Shown here: one piece after another, positions 43,900 through 57,594 of the stretch | Position numbering within the stretch: position 1 is the first letter of the stretch | How the letters are laid out: every line of letters starts with the position of its first letter | Assembly (NCBI GenBank): GCA_951406725.2 | Contig: OX597831.1 | Location: 21,886,001 to 21,950,000, forward strand | DNA length: 64,000 nt | Origin: Octopus vulgaris | Lineage: Eukaryota | Reading direction: 5' to 3' | Position numbers and translations under genes: made by a program | Notes under the pieces: model-generated | Told to the model about the DNA's origin: nothing | What the model saw: only the letters and a program-made list of their open reading frames with translations | The model's database searches: none

Positions 43900-44864
43900 A
43901 TGTATGTGTTTACGTGTATCTTCTTTGGGACAAACAACCGCACAGTGTGAAGGGGTAAAAATAGTGAACTCAATTGAAAGTGATGGTGCTATCATAGTTA
44001 TTTCACATTCAACCGTTTTTTATTCATTTCTTTCGAAATCCATTTAAAGAAGAAAAAAATCAATTCTGATTCATTTTGTGGCATTTTAAGATGTAATTTT
44101 CTTGTAAATTTACATTTACATATAGTTCAGATATTTCTATAAACATATTTTCCTGTTTTATGCAATCACACATACATTCATGTGTATATGTGTGTCTGTG
44201 TGTATGTGTATGTATGTATGTATATGTAAATATATGGTAGCTATATATTTGTGATACACTCAAGCTTTAAATTTATTTTATATATTTCTATATATTTTTT
44301 ATAAATTTATACATAGACATATTGTTTATTTCAGTAAATTTATATTTACATATTTTCATATATTTTTACATATTTATATTTATATTTTCATATTTGTAAT
44401 ATATTTTTACATTTCATATATATATTTTATGAATTTATATGTACATGCATTTTCATATTTTTATAAATATATGTTTTCAGAAATTGTATATATTGTTATA
44501 AATTCATATTTCTTTCTTTTTTATATATAGCTTTAAAAAGTTTTTTTTTTTTTTCATATTTTTAATATAATTTTACAGGTTTATATTGGTAAATATTTAT
44601 CATTTTTCATTAAATGTTTTTATTGCATTGCATATGGATCCTTAGTCTGATCGAAAACAAAAATACCCTTTATTTTCTTATCCCTTATACAGTTTTTTTA
44701 AAAGTCACCAACCATTTTGATTTAAGTTTTATCCATATTCATCATACTTTGTTTATTGATTTATCGCCCTTTATTGTAACTCTTTTTTTAGTTTATACTT
44801 TTTTAGCGAGTGCACATTGTTTATTTTTAATTTTATCGACTACACAGTATAGTGGAGTCAGCTG

Positions 44865-45830
44865 GGGAACGTTTGTGAGAGAAACAGCACCATGACCCAA
44901 TTCACTCTGTCAAAAATTTGAAAACGACATGTGGTACTGCTTTGCATTTGCACCGGAAGCTCCAATACGAACATTTCAGAGTGTTTGGGTGTCAATCTGA
45001 GGACAGATTGTCCCCGAAACGTATACCTATTTCTTTATCACCCACAAGCGGCTAAACATAGAGGGGGAAAACAAAGACAGACATAGGTATTAAGTCGATT
45101 ACATCGACCCCAGTGCGTAACTGGTACGTAATTTATCGACCCCGAAAGGATGAAAGGCAAAGTCGACCTCGGCGGAATTTGAACTCAGAACGTTGCGACA
45201 GACGAAATACCGCTAAGAATTTCGCATGGCGCGCTAACGTTTCTGCCAGCTCGCCACCTTCGAGACGTATACCGAGAGTGATACAAATCAAACATCCAGT
45301 CAACGTCATGGTGTTTGGAGTGACCGTTATTAATGGCCATATTAAACCTCTATTCATCTTCCCACACGGCCTCAGAGTCAACAGGGAGGCCTGAATAAAG
45401 TGCTTGGAGGAGGTAGTGCAGCCCTGGGCCAAGAGGGTGGCTGCTGAAAGACACTATGCCTGGCAGCAGGACTCTGCACCATGCCATGCGAGCAGGAGAA
45501 CCCAGTCGTGTCTGTCAGAAAATTTCTCCGATCACATCATCTTTAACATCTGGTCACCTAACTCCCCAGACCGCAAACCCTTTCATTATAATTTGTGGAG
45601 CGCAGATAAATGAGAGATCAACAAAACTTATAACACCAACGACGAACTGAAGGCAAGGATTATGGCAGCATTGACCAGCTTAAACTAGGAATTGCATAAG
45701 ACTCCGAAGTCAGCTAGAGGTCGTGGTTTAAGCCAATGGCGATTTTATTGAATAAATTAACACTTTAGTATTTCAAGAAACTTTCATTCAATGTTGATAA
45801 ATGTAAGTTAAAATGAGATGTCAGTGTTAT
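44865..45830 (+). pseudogene. mariner/maT-like (DD37D-type) transposase remnant interrupted by a SINE
   Basis: KHPVNVMVFGV..PLFIFPHGLRVN; WQQDSAPCHAS; WSPNSPD..P motifs; N-terminal HTH remnant at 44892-45010. Confidence 0.85.
45029..45260 (-). mobile_element. SINE family 2, full length, alternative 3' tail
   Basis: ggcgagctggcagaaacgttagc head; gcctttcatcctttcggggtcgataaa..taccag central domain (resembles the MetaSINE domain). Confidence 0.9.
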
Positions 45831-45904
45831 TTTCAATTTTGCGTAATTTCGACGACAATATATTCACACACACACATACATACATATATACATACATACA
45901 TACA

Positions 45905-45936
<32 letters not shown>

Positions 45937-45937
45937 A

Positions 45938-45988
<51 letters not shown>

Positions 45989-46034
45989 AATGCATGCATA
46001 CATACATACATACACACATACATACATACATACA

Positions 46035-46173
<139 letters not shown>

Positions 46174-46179
46174 GCTGCG

Positions 46180-46335
46180 CTTCTTTCAGTTTCTGTCTAC
46201 CAAATTAACTCACAAAGCTTTGGTCACCCCGGGGCTATAGTAGAAGATAACTGCCTAGCGTGCCACGTAGTAGGACTGAACCCGGAACTATGTGGTTGGG
46301 AAGCAAGCGTCTTACCACACAGCCACACCTGCGCG
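46180..46335 (-). mobile_element. SINE family 1, 5' half
   Basis: Family consensus blocks. Confidence 0.8.
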
Positions 46336-46411
46336 TATACAGATAGATAGGTTGAAGGGTAGGTAGGTAGATAGATAGGGAGGTAGGTAGGTAGGCAGGT
46401 AGATAGGCAGG

Positions 46412-46477
<66 letters not shown>

Positions 46478-46579
46478 TGTAGGAAGGTAGGTAGGTAGGT
46501 AAGTAGATAGATATGTAGGAAGGTAGGTAGGTAGCTAAGTAGATAGATAGATAGATAGATAGATAGAAGGGTGGGTAGG

Positions 46580-46654
<75 letters not shown>

Positions 46655-46687
46655 GGAGGCAGGTAGGTAGGCAGGTAGATAGGCAGG

Positions 46688-46754
<67 letters not shown>

Positions 46755-47143
46755 GTTACGTCAGTGAATTACATAGATATTGCAGGCTTGCGTAACAATC
46801 CAAACTTGTTATTGCAAAACACCCACTCCTACACATTCGGCATTTCTGCACATGTTGAACTACATATATTGGACACCTACATATGAAATACACAGGGCAA
46901 TTAAGAAAGCTATCATTATATCACATGATGTCACTCGGAACCATTATACACCCACACGCATTATAGTTGAAGGAAACGCCCACTCAGGAAGTAACTCGTA
47001 TGCAAATGTACAAGCATACGTTCACCTTTGGTATTATCCATATATCTATCCTTATATTTCTTCATTTTTTTTTTATCGATCTTCGCGCACAGTCGTGTGC
47101 GTATGTTTGTACGTGCATGAACAAATATATAGTTTCTTTTTCT

Positions 47144-47284
<141 letters not shown>

Positions 47285-47423
47285 GAAAGGGGCGCGAACG
47301 CGAGCATTTATGTATGTGTATATATATATATATGTGTGTGTGTGTGCGTATATTTATATATATATATGTAACTATAGATAGATTGATAGCTAGATAGATA
47401 GATACATACATATATAGATGCTT

Positions 47424-47475
<52 letters not shown>

Positions 47476-47627
47476 AGACATACATATATATCGACACGCA
47501 GACGTATTAATGTTTGTATATGTTGAATATATGCGTGTGTGCATATATACGTGTGTATATATATGTATATATATATATATATATGCATGTGTGTATGTAT
47601 ATATATGTATATAAATGTATTTATATG

Positions 47628-47666
<39 letters not shown>

Positions 47667-47920
47667 TAGGAGGTCAATATAATCTGCACACCCGAACAAT
47701 ATTAGTTGAATATTGGATATAAAGACTCGGTGCAGGGTGTTTGTAACTGATATTCCTGCCGTGTATGCAGACAACACAACTCAATTAACTGAATATATCC
47801 GCTGTTGGTAATTCAGCCATCTACTTTTATAAATGTACTTTCTATATTATTTGCGTGGTGCAGATTCCAAGTTAGTGAACAGAATATAAGTAAGTAACAA
47901 AGATGTGCAGGTGTCAATTG

Positions 47921-48000
47921 ATTACCGCCATTTCAAGCGGTTCCTTTAATTGATTAATGAAAACATTACATGAATTTGAAAGCAACCGTTCTCATCAGAT
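47921..48000 (-). ncRNA. Degenerate type I hammerhead
   Basis: at-CTGATGA-gaacggtt..aaccgctt-GAAAT-ggcg-GTA-at; stem I only 2 bp. Confidence 0.5.
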
Positions 48001-48355
48001 ACCCGTATAGACTTCAAAAATAAGGATGTAACCATTTTTTGAAACATACGAGAGTCTAGATGATTGCCATTAACTAAAATACAGTCGCCAACTCCCAATG
48101 GATTTAATTTGTCTAAAGTCCATCTGGTGACGTTGATCGCCTGGGGCTAAAAGCATCAGTAACACCCCACCCCCAGTGGCTAGTCACATTCAGATGGCTA
48201 GTACACCTTACGTTGTCGAGCGGTTACTGTTTATATCTCGTTCAGAGATTTATTATTGCTTTCAGACAGTTTTTCTAAATCAGTGACAGTGGTTGCTGTG
48301 AAAAACGTTAAATATTATTTGCAAGGGGTCTCCTTCATCGAAAACCGGTGCTTAC

Positions 48356-48400
48356 CATGCGTTGACGAGAGGCAATTACCTTGAAACTATAGTCCGTATG
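48356..48400 (+). ncRNA. Type I hammerhead ribozyme motif (U3 variant)
   Basis: catgcg-TTGACGA-gagg-caatta-cctt-GAAAC-TATA-GTC-cgtatg; stem I extended by flanking IR 48315-48347/48410-48446. Confidence 0.75.
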
Positions 48401-48859
48401 TAGTACTTAGGTTTTCGAGGGAGGATGACCTCCCTTTGCAAATAACACAAGGGCACTGAGATTGTGTCTAAAAGTCCATCTGGTGACGTTGATCGCCTGG
48501 GGCTAAAAGCATCAGTAACACCCCACCCCCAGTGGCTAGCCACATTCAGATGGCTAGTACACCTTAGGTTGAATATTACATTCTACATAAAGTCTTCTAA
48601 ATATAAGTAGCTAGGTCACCACTCTTTGTTATCCTGACCCAACTATTTCTTCTTCTCCTACCCTCTAAATCATAGTAGACTTAACGTGGTGTGCATTATT
48701 TTCTAAATTCATCCTGCCACAGATGCGACAAATGAAACAATCTCAGTACATTGAGTTTCTTTATTGATATAATGTTATTAATCAATTAAAGGAGCCGCTT
48801 GAAACGGTTGTAATGAATTGACACCTGTACATCTTTGTTACTCATTATATATATATACC

Positions 48860-49185
48860 CCTCTGCGAAGTAATTTTATTTAATTCTCTCGCAGGAAGGC
48901 TGGTTTGACGAGTCGTGTTCTGTCCTACCTTCGAAACACGCTAGAGTTGAACTAGGGACAGCTGATGAAGGGGATTTTTCCTTGTGTAATTTGTCTTGTA
49001 CTCTGTTTTTCTTATGTAAAAAAATGGTTGGTTCCATGCTTGTTTTTCCGTTTTCGTTTCTCGTTGAGTTCTACGTCTATTTGTGGTGTCCTGTACTCAC
49101 GTATATATATTTATATATGCATGTATATATACATGTAGATGTAGATACGTACATATATGTATGTATGCATATATTTTATTTATTA

Positions 49186-49190
<5 letters not shown>
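48860..49190 (+). mobile_element. Element Z copy
   Basis: Homologous to 17035-17290 and to the reverse complement of 32545-32842. Confidence 0.7.
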
Positions 49191-49223
<33 letters not shown>

Positions 49224-49234
49224 GTAAAATATAT

Positions 49235-49581
49235 AGGGTAGCGAATTGTTTTAGAAATTTCACTACCAGTGGCCTAGCATGTATAAAAAGTCAATAGACA
49301 ACATACTCTCCATATAAAATTAGTGTACATTTAAACACAAAAGAGGCGACCTTTAACAAGCAGCCTTACACGCTAGGAGGAGCAGTCAAAACGACCAAAA
49401 ACACGCTTAAGAATTTGAAACCTAGGTATAGCTGTGAAAAAACAAGGTAAAAGTTCTTATTTTTCATTCCCTTCGAGATTGCTTTTAAATGTGGTTTTGG
49501 TCGTTTTGACAGCTCATTCTAGCGTGTAGGGCTGCCTATTAAAGGTCACCAATTTTGTGTTTTAAATCTACACTAATTTTG
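49235..49581 (-). mobile_element. Fold-back element E carrying the GGCUGCU structured motif
   Basis: Arms 49316-49412/49484-49581; P1 cctagcatgta 49273-49283 / tacacgctagg 49367-49377; P4 49237-49267. Confidence 0.7.
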
Positions 49582-50353
49582 TGGGTGTGTTTGTGTGTAT
49601 ATCCTATATAGTTATACATATACATACGTACTTATATATGTATGGATATGCATCCAACGATATCCCGTCACTATAAGCGGCACTCAATGTCATCCCAGTA
49701 TGACAGACCATTTTTGAAATCTTTCATATGGCATCTCCATCTTGCCATCCCTGTGTACCGTCAACTCAGTAACCAGACAGTCTTTTATCAAGTCATATAT
49801 CATAACAGCAGCCCAAGACATCATACTACACGCGAGTAATCTATCTTTGCCTCAGAAGTGTTAGCCCTGCTCAAATACTTAAACCATGGTTCCGCCGTTT
49901 ACACTCCAGTATTTTCATATCCCGCCTTTCCCCTGATCTCATTAACACCGACCCATTACGCCATTACAATAGAACCTAGTTATAATGATTGAGCGCAGTC
50001 CCAGGAACTTTTCGAAGGAAGAGCAGAAGGTCAGAAGGGAATGCAATTCCAAGAGAAAAGGGCGTAATAACATTATTCAAAAGGGTGCACTTCTTTACTT
50101 GATGTGGGGGAGTGCCCCTCAGCCCCCCCCCCCTCCACAAACCCCCCCACCCCGGGCCGCCTCTGCTGATGGCGTCTTTGTATCTGACTCATCCCGTTGG
50201 TGGCTGATCACCGTTTCTGAACAGCTTTAATCCATTCCAAACGTATCGTAGCAATCACATATTGGTAGATGCAATATTTAAACTCAGACTTAGATGTTCT
50301 GTTAGAATAAACTGTGTTGCAGTAGGGGAACTCTCTTATTGGACTTCGATGTA

Positions 50354-51130
50354 AAATGCATTTTTATTCATATCGCTAGCTGGGATATAAATCCCTGCCA
50401 CTTCCAGCGCCGAGACACTAAAATAACGTAATTTCGACCTTTTTTGGTCGCGCCAATGATAGACACTCGACCACTAGATGCAACAGCGAGTTATCTCCCT
50501 GCAAGCGATAGAGAGAATAGCAGTGCCAGAACAGGCACTCATGTCACGATTAGCCAGTTAACTTGATTATAATATATATCTTAGCGACGTAATGGCTTTT
50601 GGTGCAAAATGCATTCTATTTCATATCGCTAGCTTGTTCATATCCCTGCCACTTTCAGCGACGAGACACTGAATAACGTGATTTCGACCTCTTTTGGCCT
50701 TGCCAATGATAGACACTCGACCACTAGATGCAACAGCGAGTTATCTCCCTGCAAGCGACAGAGAGAATAACAGTGTCAGAACAGGCACTGATGTCATTAT
50801 TAGCCAGTTAACTTGCTTATAATATATATCGTAGCGACGTATTGGCATTTGGTGCAAAATGCACTCGGCTTTATATCGCTAGCGGCGAGATAAATATGAG
50901 AGATTCTCTTGTAGTATCTATAACAGTATCGTTTGTTTTAACAGAATATCCTCGTTAGGGGATAAATATTACTAGATAATATATTACTTCTTGGTATTAA
51001 TACTGCATCTATTACTAATAAATATTTTTTAACAAGCTCTCTAGCTAATCGTGACATCAGCACCTGTTCTAGCTCCATTATACTACATATCGCTGGCGGG
51101 GAGATGAATCCCTGCTACGTTGAGATAAAT
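50354..51130. repeat. 250-bp tandem duplication (~2.1 units) plus a diverged inverted partial copy
   Basis: agacactcgaccactagatgcaacagcgag at 50461 and 50711; reverse-complement homology at 51040-51125. Confidence 0.85.
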
Positions 51131-52407
51131 GTTACCTCCCTTTATTAATACTGCCTCTATTGCTAATAAATATATCGATAGATGTTTTTAAACTGTCAAC
51201 GTAGACCTCATTTATGTCTATTATGATTAGGACATCTAGGAAGGTCTTGTGTTTTTTAAGTTATTAGCTTTTTCTGTTGTTTATGTATCCTATGCTAATG
51301 GGTGGTTGGCAGTCATATGAGTTTTTTTTTTTGTTATTTGAATTAATGATTACAGATGATATTTTTTGGTGGATTTTTTAAAAATCTTTTCTTTCTGAAG
51401 CCTGTCAATTCTTTGATTGAGTATCATCTAAATATTTCATTACACTCTGTTTTTCTTTTTGTTTTTTTTCTAACTTTGATGATAATCTTGTCAACTCTCG
51501 TTTTCCTCGTGGAATACAAGGAAGTGAAACACTGTATAGATTATCATAAACACCAGTCTTTTACACCATTTTGTTGCTTCATTAATACATCAACGAGGAC
51601 AGTAAAGACATTTTTATGCCACCGGGCATTCCTTGAACGTGATTTACATGTATGTTACTGAAATGTTCTCCAAAAGTACACGACCACCGCAACAAAGACA
51701 ACCAATTTAATCACATCAGCTTGATCATCTAATTTCAAAATATGATTACATTCTGACTGCTCAGGCTATATACAAAATCACAACCTGCTTAGGTAGCAGT
51801 AATTTCTCTACAACCAGAGAACGGTTGTTCTCTTCTTCCCTGTTTCCTCATGTTGCTCACGCATGTTGTTTTCCCAACCATTCTGATTTAGTCAAAAATT
51901 TCCTCCACTTTCTCGAATAGTTGCACACAACATGTAATCTGTGCTGTAGAGAAAACTTTGAGATTCTACGCGAGAATAAGGATCTTCTTAATAAATAGCG
52001 TGATGTAACGTAATAACATCTTGCAGGCATATATTTTCCAAAATCTTTTCCTTTTACCATAGATAGATGGGCGTCAATCAAATTACATAACGACATGATT
52101 GTATTCTGATTTGAACATTCTTATATTTTGCTTTCATTTATAACATAGCATTTACTTACTTGGGCTAGTAAGAAATACGACAAATATGTACATATATATA
52201 CACTCGTACAATTATATGATAAAATTATATTGTATATACACAATATGGAGCAAATTTTCGTTAGTGTTGTGAAAGATATATATAAATAAATATGCATGCA
52301 TATAGATGTGTGTGTGTTTATGTATGTTTGTATAGATGCGTGTATGTGTATATATATGCGTATATATGTGTGCATATATACCTATATATAAATACTTATA
52401 TATATGA

Positions 52408-52441
<34 letters not shown>

Positions 52442-52937
52442 ATACTCTTATATATCAATATATATATACTCTTATATATCCATATTTATATATATATATG
52501 TGTGTGTGTATGTGTGTGTGTATGTGTGTCTGTGTATGTGTGTCTGTGTATGTGTGTTTGTGTGTTTGTGTGTTTATCAGCAATAATTATGACGATTTAG
52601 AATATGGGGACATGCTGTTCTCAAAATTTATTTAATTTTACTTTACAATTTCATACAGCATGTTTTTACGGTTTTTAGGATCGTATATATGAGCCATATG
52701 CGCGCAAATACGTACATGTATATACACACATCACAGGCACACACACACACACATCATACACTCACACACACCCACACATACACACACGTACACACAGATA
52801 TATGTACAGATTGGGAGGGAGAAAGAGTGAGAGAAGGAGAGCCCAGCTCTGCGTGAAAGTCAGAATAGACTGTCAATCAACTCATGATAAATGTATATAC
52901 GGGTGAGTGAGTGTATTTGTATATGTATATATACATA

Positions 52938-52983
<46 letters not shown>

Positions 52984-53210
52984 CGCTCTCACTCTCGCTC
53001 TCTCTCCCTGTCTTTTTTCTCACACAAACACATGCACAAACACACATATATACACACTTACGTCAATGGGTTCATACACATGTCTATGCATGTATATATG
53101 TATGTACGTATGTATGTATCTATCTATATATATATATATATATACATATATATTTATACATATATAAGCATATACATATACATATGTATATATATATGTT
53201 TATATATATA

Positions 53211-53261
<51 letters not shown>

Positions 53262-53359
53262 GTATATATATGTGTATATATATATGTGTATATATATATG
53301 TATATATATAAATGTATATATATATGTGTGTATGGATACATACACACACACACACACAC

Positions 53360-53457
<98 letters not shown>

Positions 53458-54147
53458 CTATATTACGCACGCTATACTAATAATGAGAAATTGCTGTTCG
53501 TCATGCACTTTGTACGCGAGCCTCGGTGAGATAGCGCCCATCAACTTTCTAACATCACATAAGAGCATTTTCAACCGAGTGTTATGTATCTATGGGAATA
53601 TTAAAGCGAAACACATTAAAAATAACAGAAACAGAGCAACAGCATGAATTCCGATAAAGTTACTAGGGTGAATTTAATGTACTGTATGTCATACGCGCCA
53701 CAACACTCACCTTCATCGCTACCGCTAGTTTCCACACTAACACATCCACCGTCGCCATTACTGCTAGACTTCTCCGATCAACAAATATATTTTAGTAAAT
53801 GATGCTTTTTCTTCTATCGCATGTTATGTCACGATATGTTAGACCCTGACAGAGATAATGCACATTGTTTGAGCATTTTACACATTGTATCGAGCCACTG
53901 AAAGGACACGTCATAGATAAGAGAGTTCTGTATAGCGTGAAGTCAATTATTATGAACAAGATGGTTCAATAACTACTCCAACGGCTTTCCGATCTTGCCG
54001 CCTTTTTCATGTTGACTCTGCATGTATACTTCAGTCGTCAGTTCCGTTATTATTATGTGATATCTTTATATGTCGATCGACATGCTTTGACTGATGTGTA
54101 TGTGCGTGTTTTATTGTACTTTGAAGAAGTAATGTATAGTACATATC

Positions 54148-54372
54148 AAGACGAGCTGGCAGAAACGTTAGCACGCCGGGCGAAATGCTTAGCGGTATTT
54201 CGTCTGCCACTACGTTCTGAGTTCTAATTCCGACGAAGTCAACTAAACCTTTCATCATTTCGGGGTCGATAAATTAAGTACCAGTTGGGTACTGGGGTCG
54301 ACATAATCACCTGGTCCTCTACCGCAAAATTTCGGGACTAGAGTAGAATTTCGGTGCCTAGAGTAGAAAAGA
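54148..54372 (+). mobile_element. SINE family 2, full length
   Basis: gacgagctggcagaaacgttagcacgccgggcgaaatgcttagcgg...tcggggtcgataaattaagtaccag. Confidence 0.9.
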
Positions 54373-54390
54373 ATATGTAGTACATGTGTA

Positions 54391-54452
<62 letters not shown>

Positions 54453-54720
54453 CCAAAAATAGCAAAAAATGCATATATGTATGCATGCACGTCTGTATGT
54501 ATGTATATATGTATGCATGTGGATAGGTATGTATGTATATAATATACGTATGTGTGTGTGTGCTTTTGTTACAATGAGAAAGTTGAATAATGGTGTCAGA
54601 GATTCGCCGTGGGTCGGCTTTGTCACTTTATACAACAGTATGTTTGAATCTTTCGTGATGTTATGATACACTCGAATGGGTTTGTAATAAGAGGGATGTC
54701 AGCACGGTTTAATAGCAACA

Positions 54721-54912
54721 TACCGTATTTCAACTTGTATAAGGAACCCTCGTGTATAAGGAACTCCCTAATTTGGGGTGGGGTGGGGGCCTAAAATTTG
54801 AGAAATCGATTTTGTAAGGGATTAAAATACTATGCATGTATAAGAAACTCTGATATTTCTTTAAACTAATTTTTGACAAAAAAGGGTTCGTTATACACAT
54901 TAAAATACGGTA
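54721..54912. mobile_element. Tc1/pogo-type MITE
   Basis: Termini taccgtattt..gtataa / ttatac..aaatacggta with TA at both ends. Confidence 0.75.
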
Positions 54913-55039
54913 ATTTAAGCATAGAAAACATTGGAACTCCCCGGGCTATATACATATGTGTGTATGCGCACGTGTATGTGTGTTTGTGAATTTTAAAGTG
55001 TGTGTATGTATATGTGTATATGTATCTATCTATATATAA

Positions 55040-55395
55040 TTAATAAAAGGGTAAAATTAATTAATTAATTAGCTAGTTGATAATTAATAATTTTACCAAG
55101 TAGATCGGTACGTTAAAATAGACTTTCTAGGTAAAATTATACAAATATTCTATAATTATAAACATAATTATAATTAAGGGTCAGCTATTTGCTTCGCCAC
55201 GTACCGAATTGAGAAATAGGAGCTAAAATTCCTTTTCTACTACCGTAAAGATCTCCCAGACAGTAACACACTTTTTTACGAAAGCAAAAGGAAAAAAATA
55301 ACGAATCCACACCACTCAGATTAGCTACATACGCGTTTCGAGATTAAAGTAAAGTTATATTTACTTACATATTTCTCATCTTCAGAGCAGCATTT
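55040..55395 (-). mobile_element. Element F: hammerhead followed by the GGCUGCU structured motif
   Basis: Hammerhead 55324-55391 then motif 55050-55227, both on the minus strand. Confidence 0.7.
55324..55391 (-). ncRNA. Type I hammerhead ribozyme motif
   Basis: gctgct-CTGAAGA-T-gaga..tctc-GAAAC-GC-GTA-tgtagc; palindromic stem III ACGCGT. Confidence 0.75.
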
Positions 55396-55608
55396 CAAAT
55401 ATAAATTTGAGGGTGCTAGGATTAAATATGTACGCGATCGAGCGCCATCGCATAACTGATATTCAACCAACACTTCCAAAAATATGCGGCCAAATGTGAA
55501 CACATATTTATCCTCAATACCCACGTATGCGTTACGAGCAATCCCGCAAGTCTAATATACTTGTTCAAGGAGTAAATTATAATTTCAATGATTGAATATT
55601 AGGTAGGC

Positions 55609-55646
<38 letters not shown>

Positions 55647-56004
55647 AAAGTACAAACTAGAACAAGACCTTAACAGACAACAAAATATCGACCCACTTAC
55701 ACTATACGAAGGAGGACATAAAAAAACTAGAAATGTCATTCGGAGCCTTCTATCGTCAGTCGAGTTCCAGATCATATCTGCAGTTTCACCTGGTTACACT
55801 CGAGGCTGCGCCAATCTGGCCGGTCCCAAGAAAACCTAAGGTAAGGGCACTAGATTCTTTGGAAGAAAGCAAGCGAATGTATAAGCAAACAAGAACGAAA
55901 CAAAACGTTACCCAATTACAAATACAAACAACAAGACAATAATAACAGGTATCTTTCGACTAAAGACGAATTAAGTTAAGCTAGCGTATGGAGAGTGAAG
56001 CATT

Positions 56005-56057
<53 letters not shown>

Positions 56058-56058
<1 letters not shown>

Positions 56059-56392
56059 CTGAGAACCCTTCGGTCATGATTGACCATGGGATTGCACCTA
56101 GAAAGTTACCCTCCTAGTCACAAGTCCGGGCAAGGTTGTTTATGGAAGACCAGCAGTCGCCCATGCATACCAGCCTCCCCTCTCCACGCTACCAGTGTTA
56201 CCCAAGGGAAAGACAAAGGTCGATACAGCTTGGCATCTGTGACGTCGCAACTCATTTCTACAGCTGAGTGAACTGGAGCAACGTGAAATAAAGTGTCTTG
56301 CTCATAAACACAACGCGCAGCTCGGTCCAGGATTCGACCTCACAAAACCTCACGATCGTAAGCTTGACGCTCTAACCCCTGAGCAATGCACC

Positions 56393-56394
<2 letters not shown>
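56058..56394 (-). mobile_element. tRNA-derived SINE family 4 (V/CORE-like central block)
   Basis: ggtgcattgctcaggggttagagcgtc..ggtcgaatcc head; ttgtgtttatgagcaagacacttt block. Confidence 0.75.
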
Positions 56395-56431
<37 letters not shown>

Positions 56432-56496
56432 ACACACATATATATATATATATGTAGAGAGAGAGAGAGAGGGGAAGAGAGTGAAACATACATACC

Positions 56497-56545
<49 letters not shown>

Positions 56546-57237
56546 GTGTGTGTGTGTGTGTAACTATGTACGTATATATATGCATAATATATATGTGTAT
56601 ATCCAGGTGTGTGTATATATATGTATATCTATACGGTCGATATTATTTCGATTTATGCTGCAAGGGAAGTTTCTGGAACTGATTAGGTTTAGCTTGGTAT
56701 GTAAAAATTAATACCTCTGTTGCGCAGAAAAAAATGCATTATGTGCGTTCTTGAAGAATACAGTCGGAAATTAGATAACACGCCAAACAACCATCTACTC
56801 TCCAAAGTAATTTCTTCAACGTATGCGCTCTTAGCATCGAATATTGTCATGCCGCAAAGAACAAGAACGCAGGGTGGGTTCTACTTTTCCAGAATATTTT
56901 TTCGACATTTTTTTTCAGTTTTGACATGTTTTTTTTTATTACCAAACTCAGAATCAAACATCTATGACATGAATCACAAGAATTGTTTTGCATTTTTCGT
57001 AATTTATTTATATATTCATTTATTTATTTATTCATTTATTTATGTGGCTAACTGAATAACAAATAATTTCCGACTCTGCTTTTGCAGAACTTGAATTTGT
57101 GTGTGGGTATGTGTGTGTGAGTGTGTGTGTGTGAGTGTGTGTGTTTGTGTGTGTGCGTGTACGTGTGCGTGTCTGTGTCTGTGTGTATGTGTGTATAAAA
57201 ATTTGCATATATGTATGCACATAAATATGCATATATG

Positions 57238-57268
<31 letters not shown>

Positions 57269-57379
57269 GCTGATATACATATATATATGTATATATTTCT
57301 ATGTATGTATACTTATACATTTGTAGATAAAACTTACTTGGAAAACGATGCGTGGCGTTCGTGTGTATATATATATATA

Positions 57380-57440
<61 letters not shown>

Positions 57441-57481
57441 ATATATATATATATATGTATATACATGTATGTATATACATG

Positions 57482-57530
<49 letters not shown>

Positions 57531-57594
57531 TCAGGGTGAGTACTTGATAATTGTAAGCACCTGTATATACCGTTTGGTGGTGTAGGTGGTGGAG

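Larger units (their letters stand above)
47890..48846. mobile_element. Composite fold-back element with terminal inverted repeats, an internal direct repeat and hammerheads
   Basis: IR 47890-47970/48770-48846; DR 48110-48210/48465-48566. Confidence 0.75.

Noticed and set aside
51480-52110. Cys-rich coding remnant on the minus strand
   Set aside because: Stops in all frames and no motif I can assign; possibly an old transposon.
55735-55795. Hammerhead words GAAAC..CTGACGA on the minus strand
   Set aside because: No convincing stems and no downstream GAAA/NUH; the same applies to CTGATGA at 5734 and CTGACGA at 24296.
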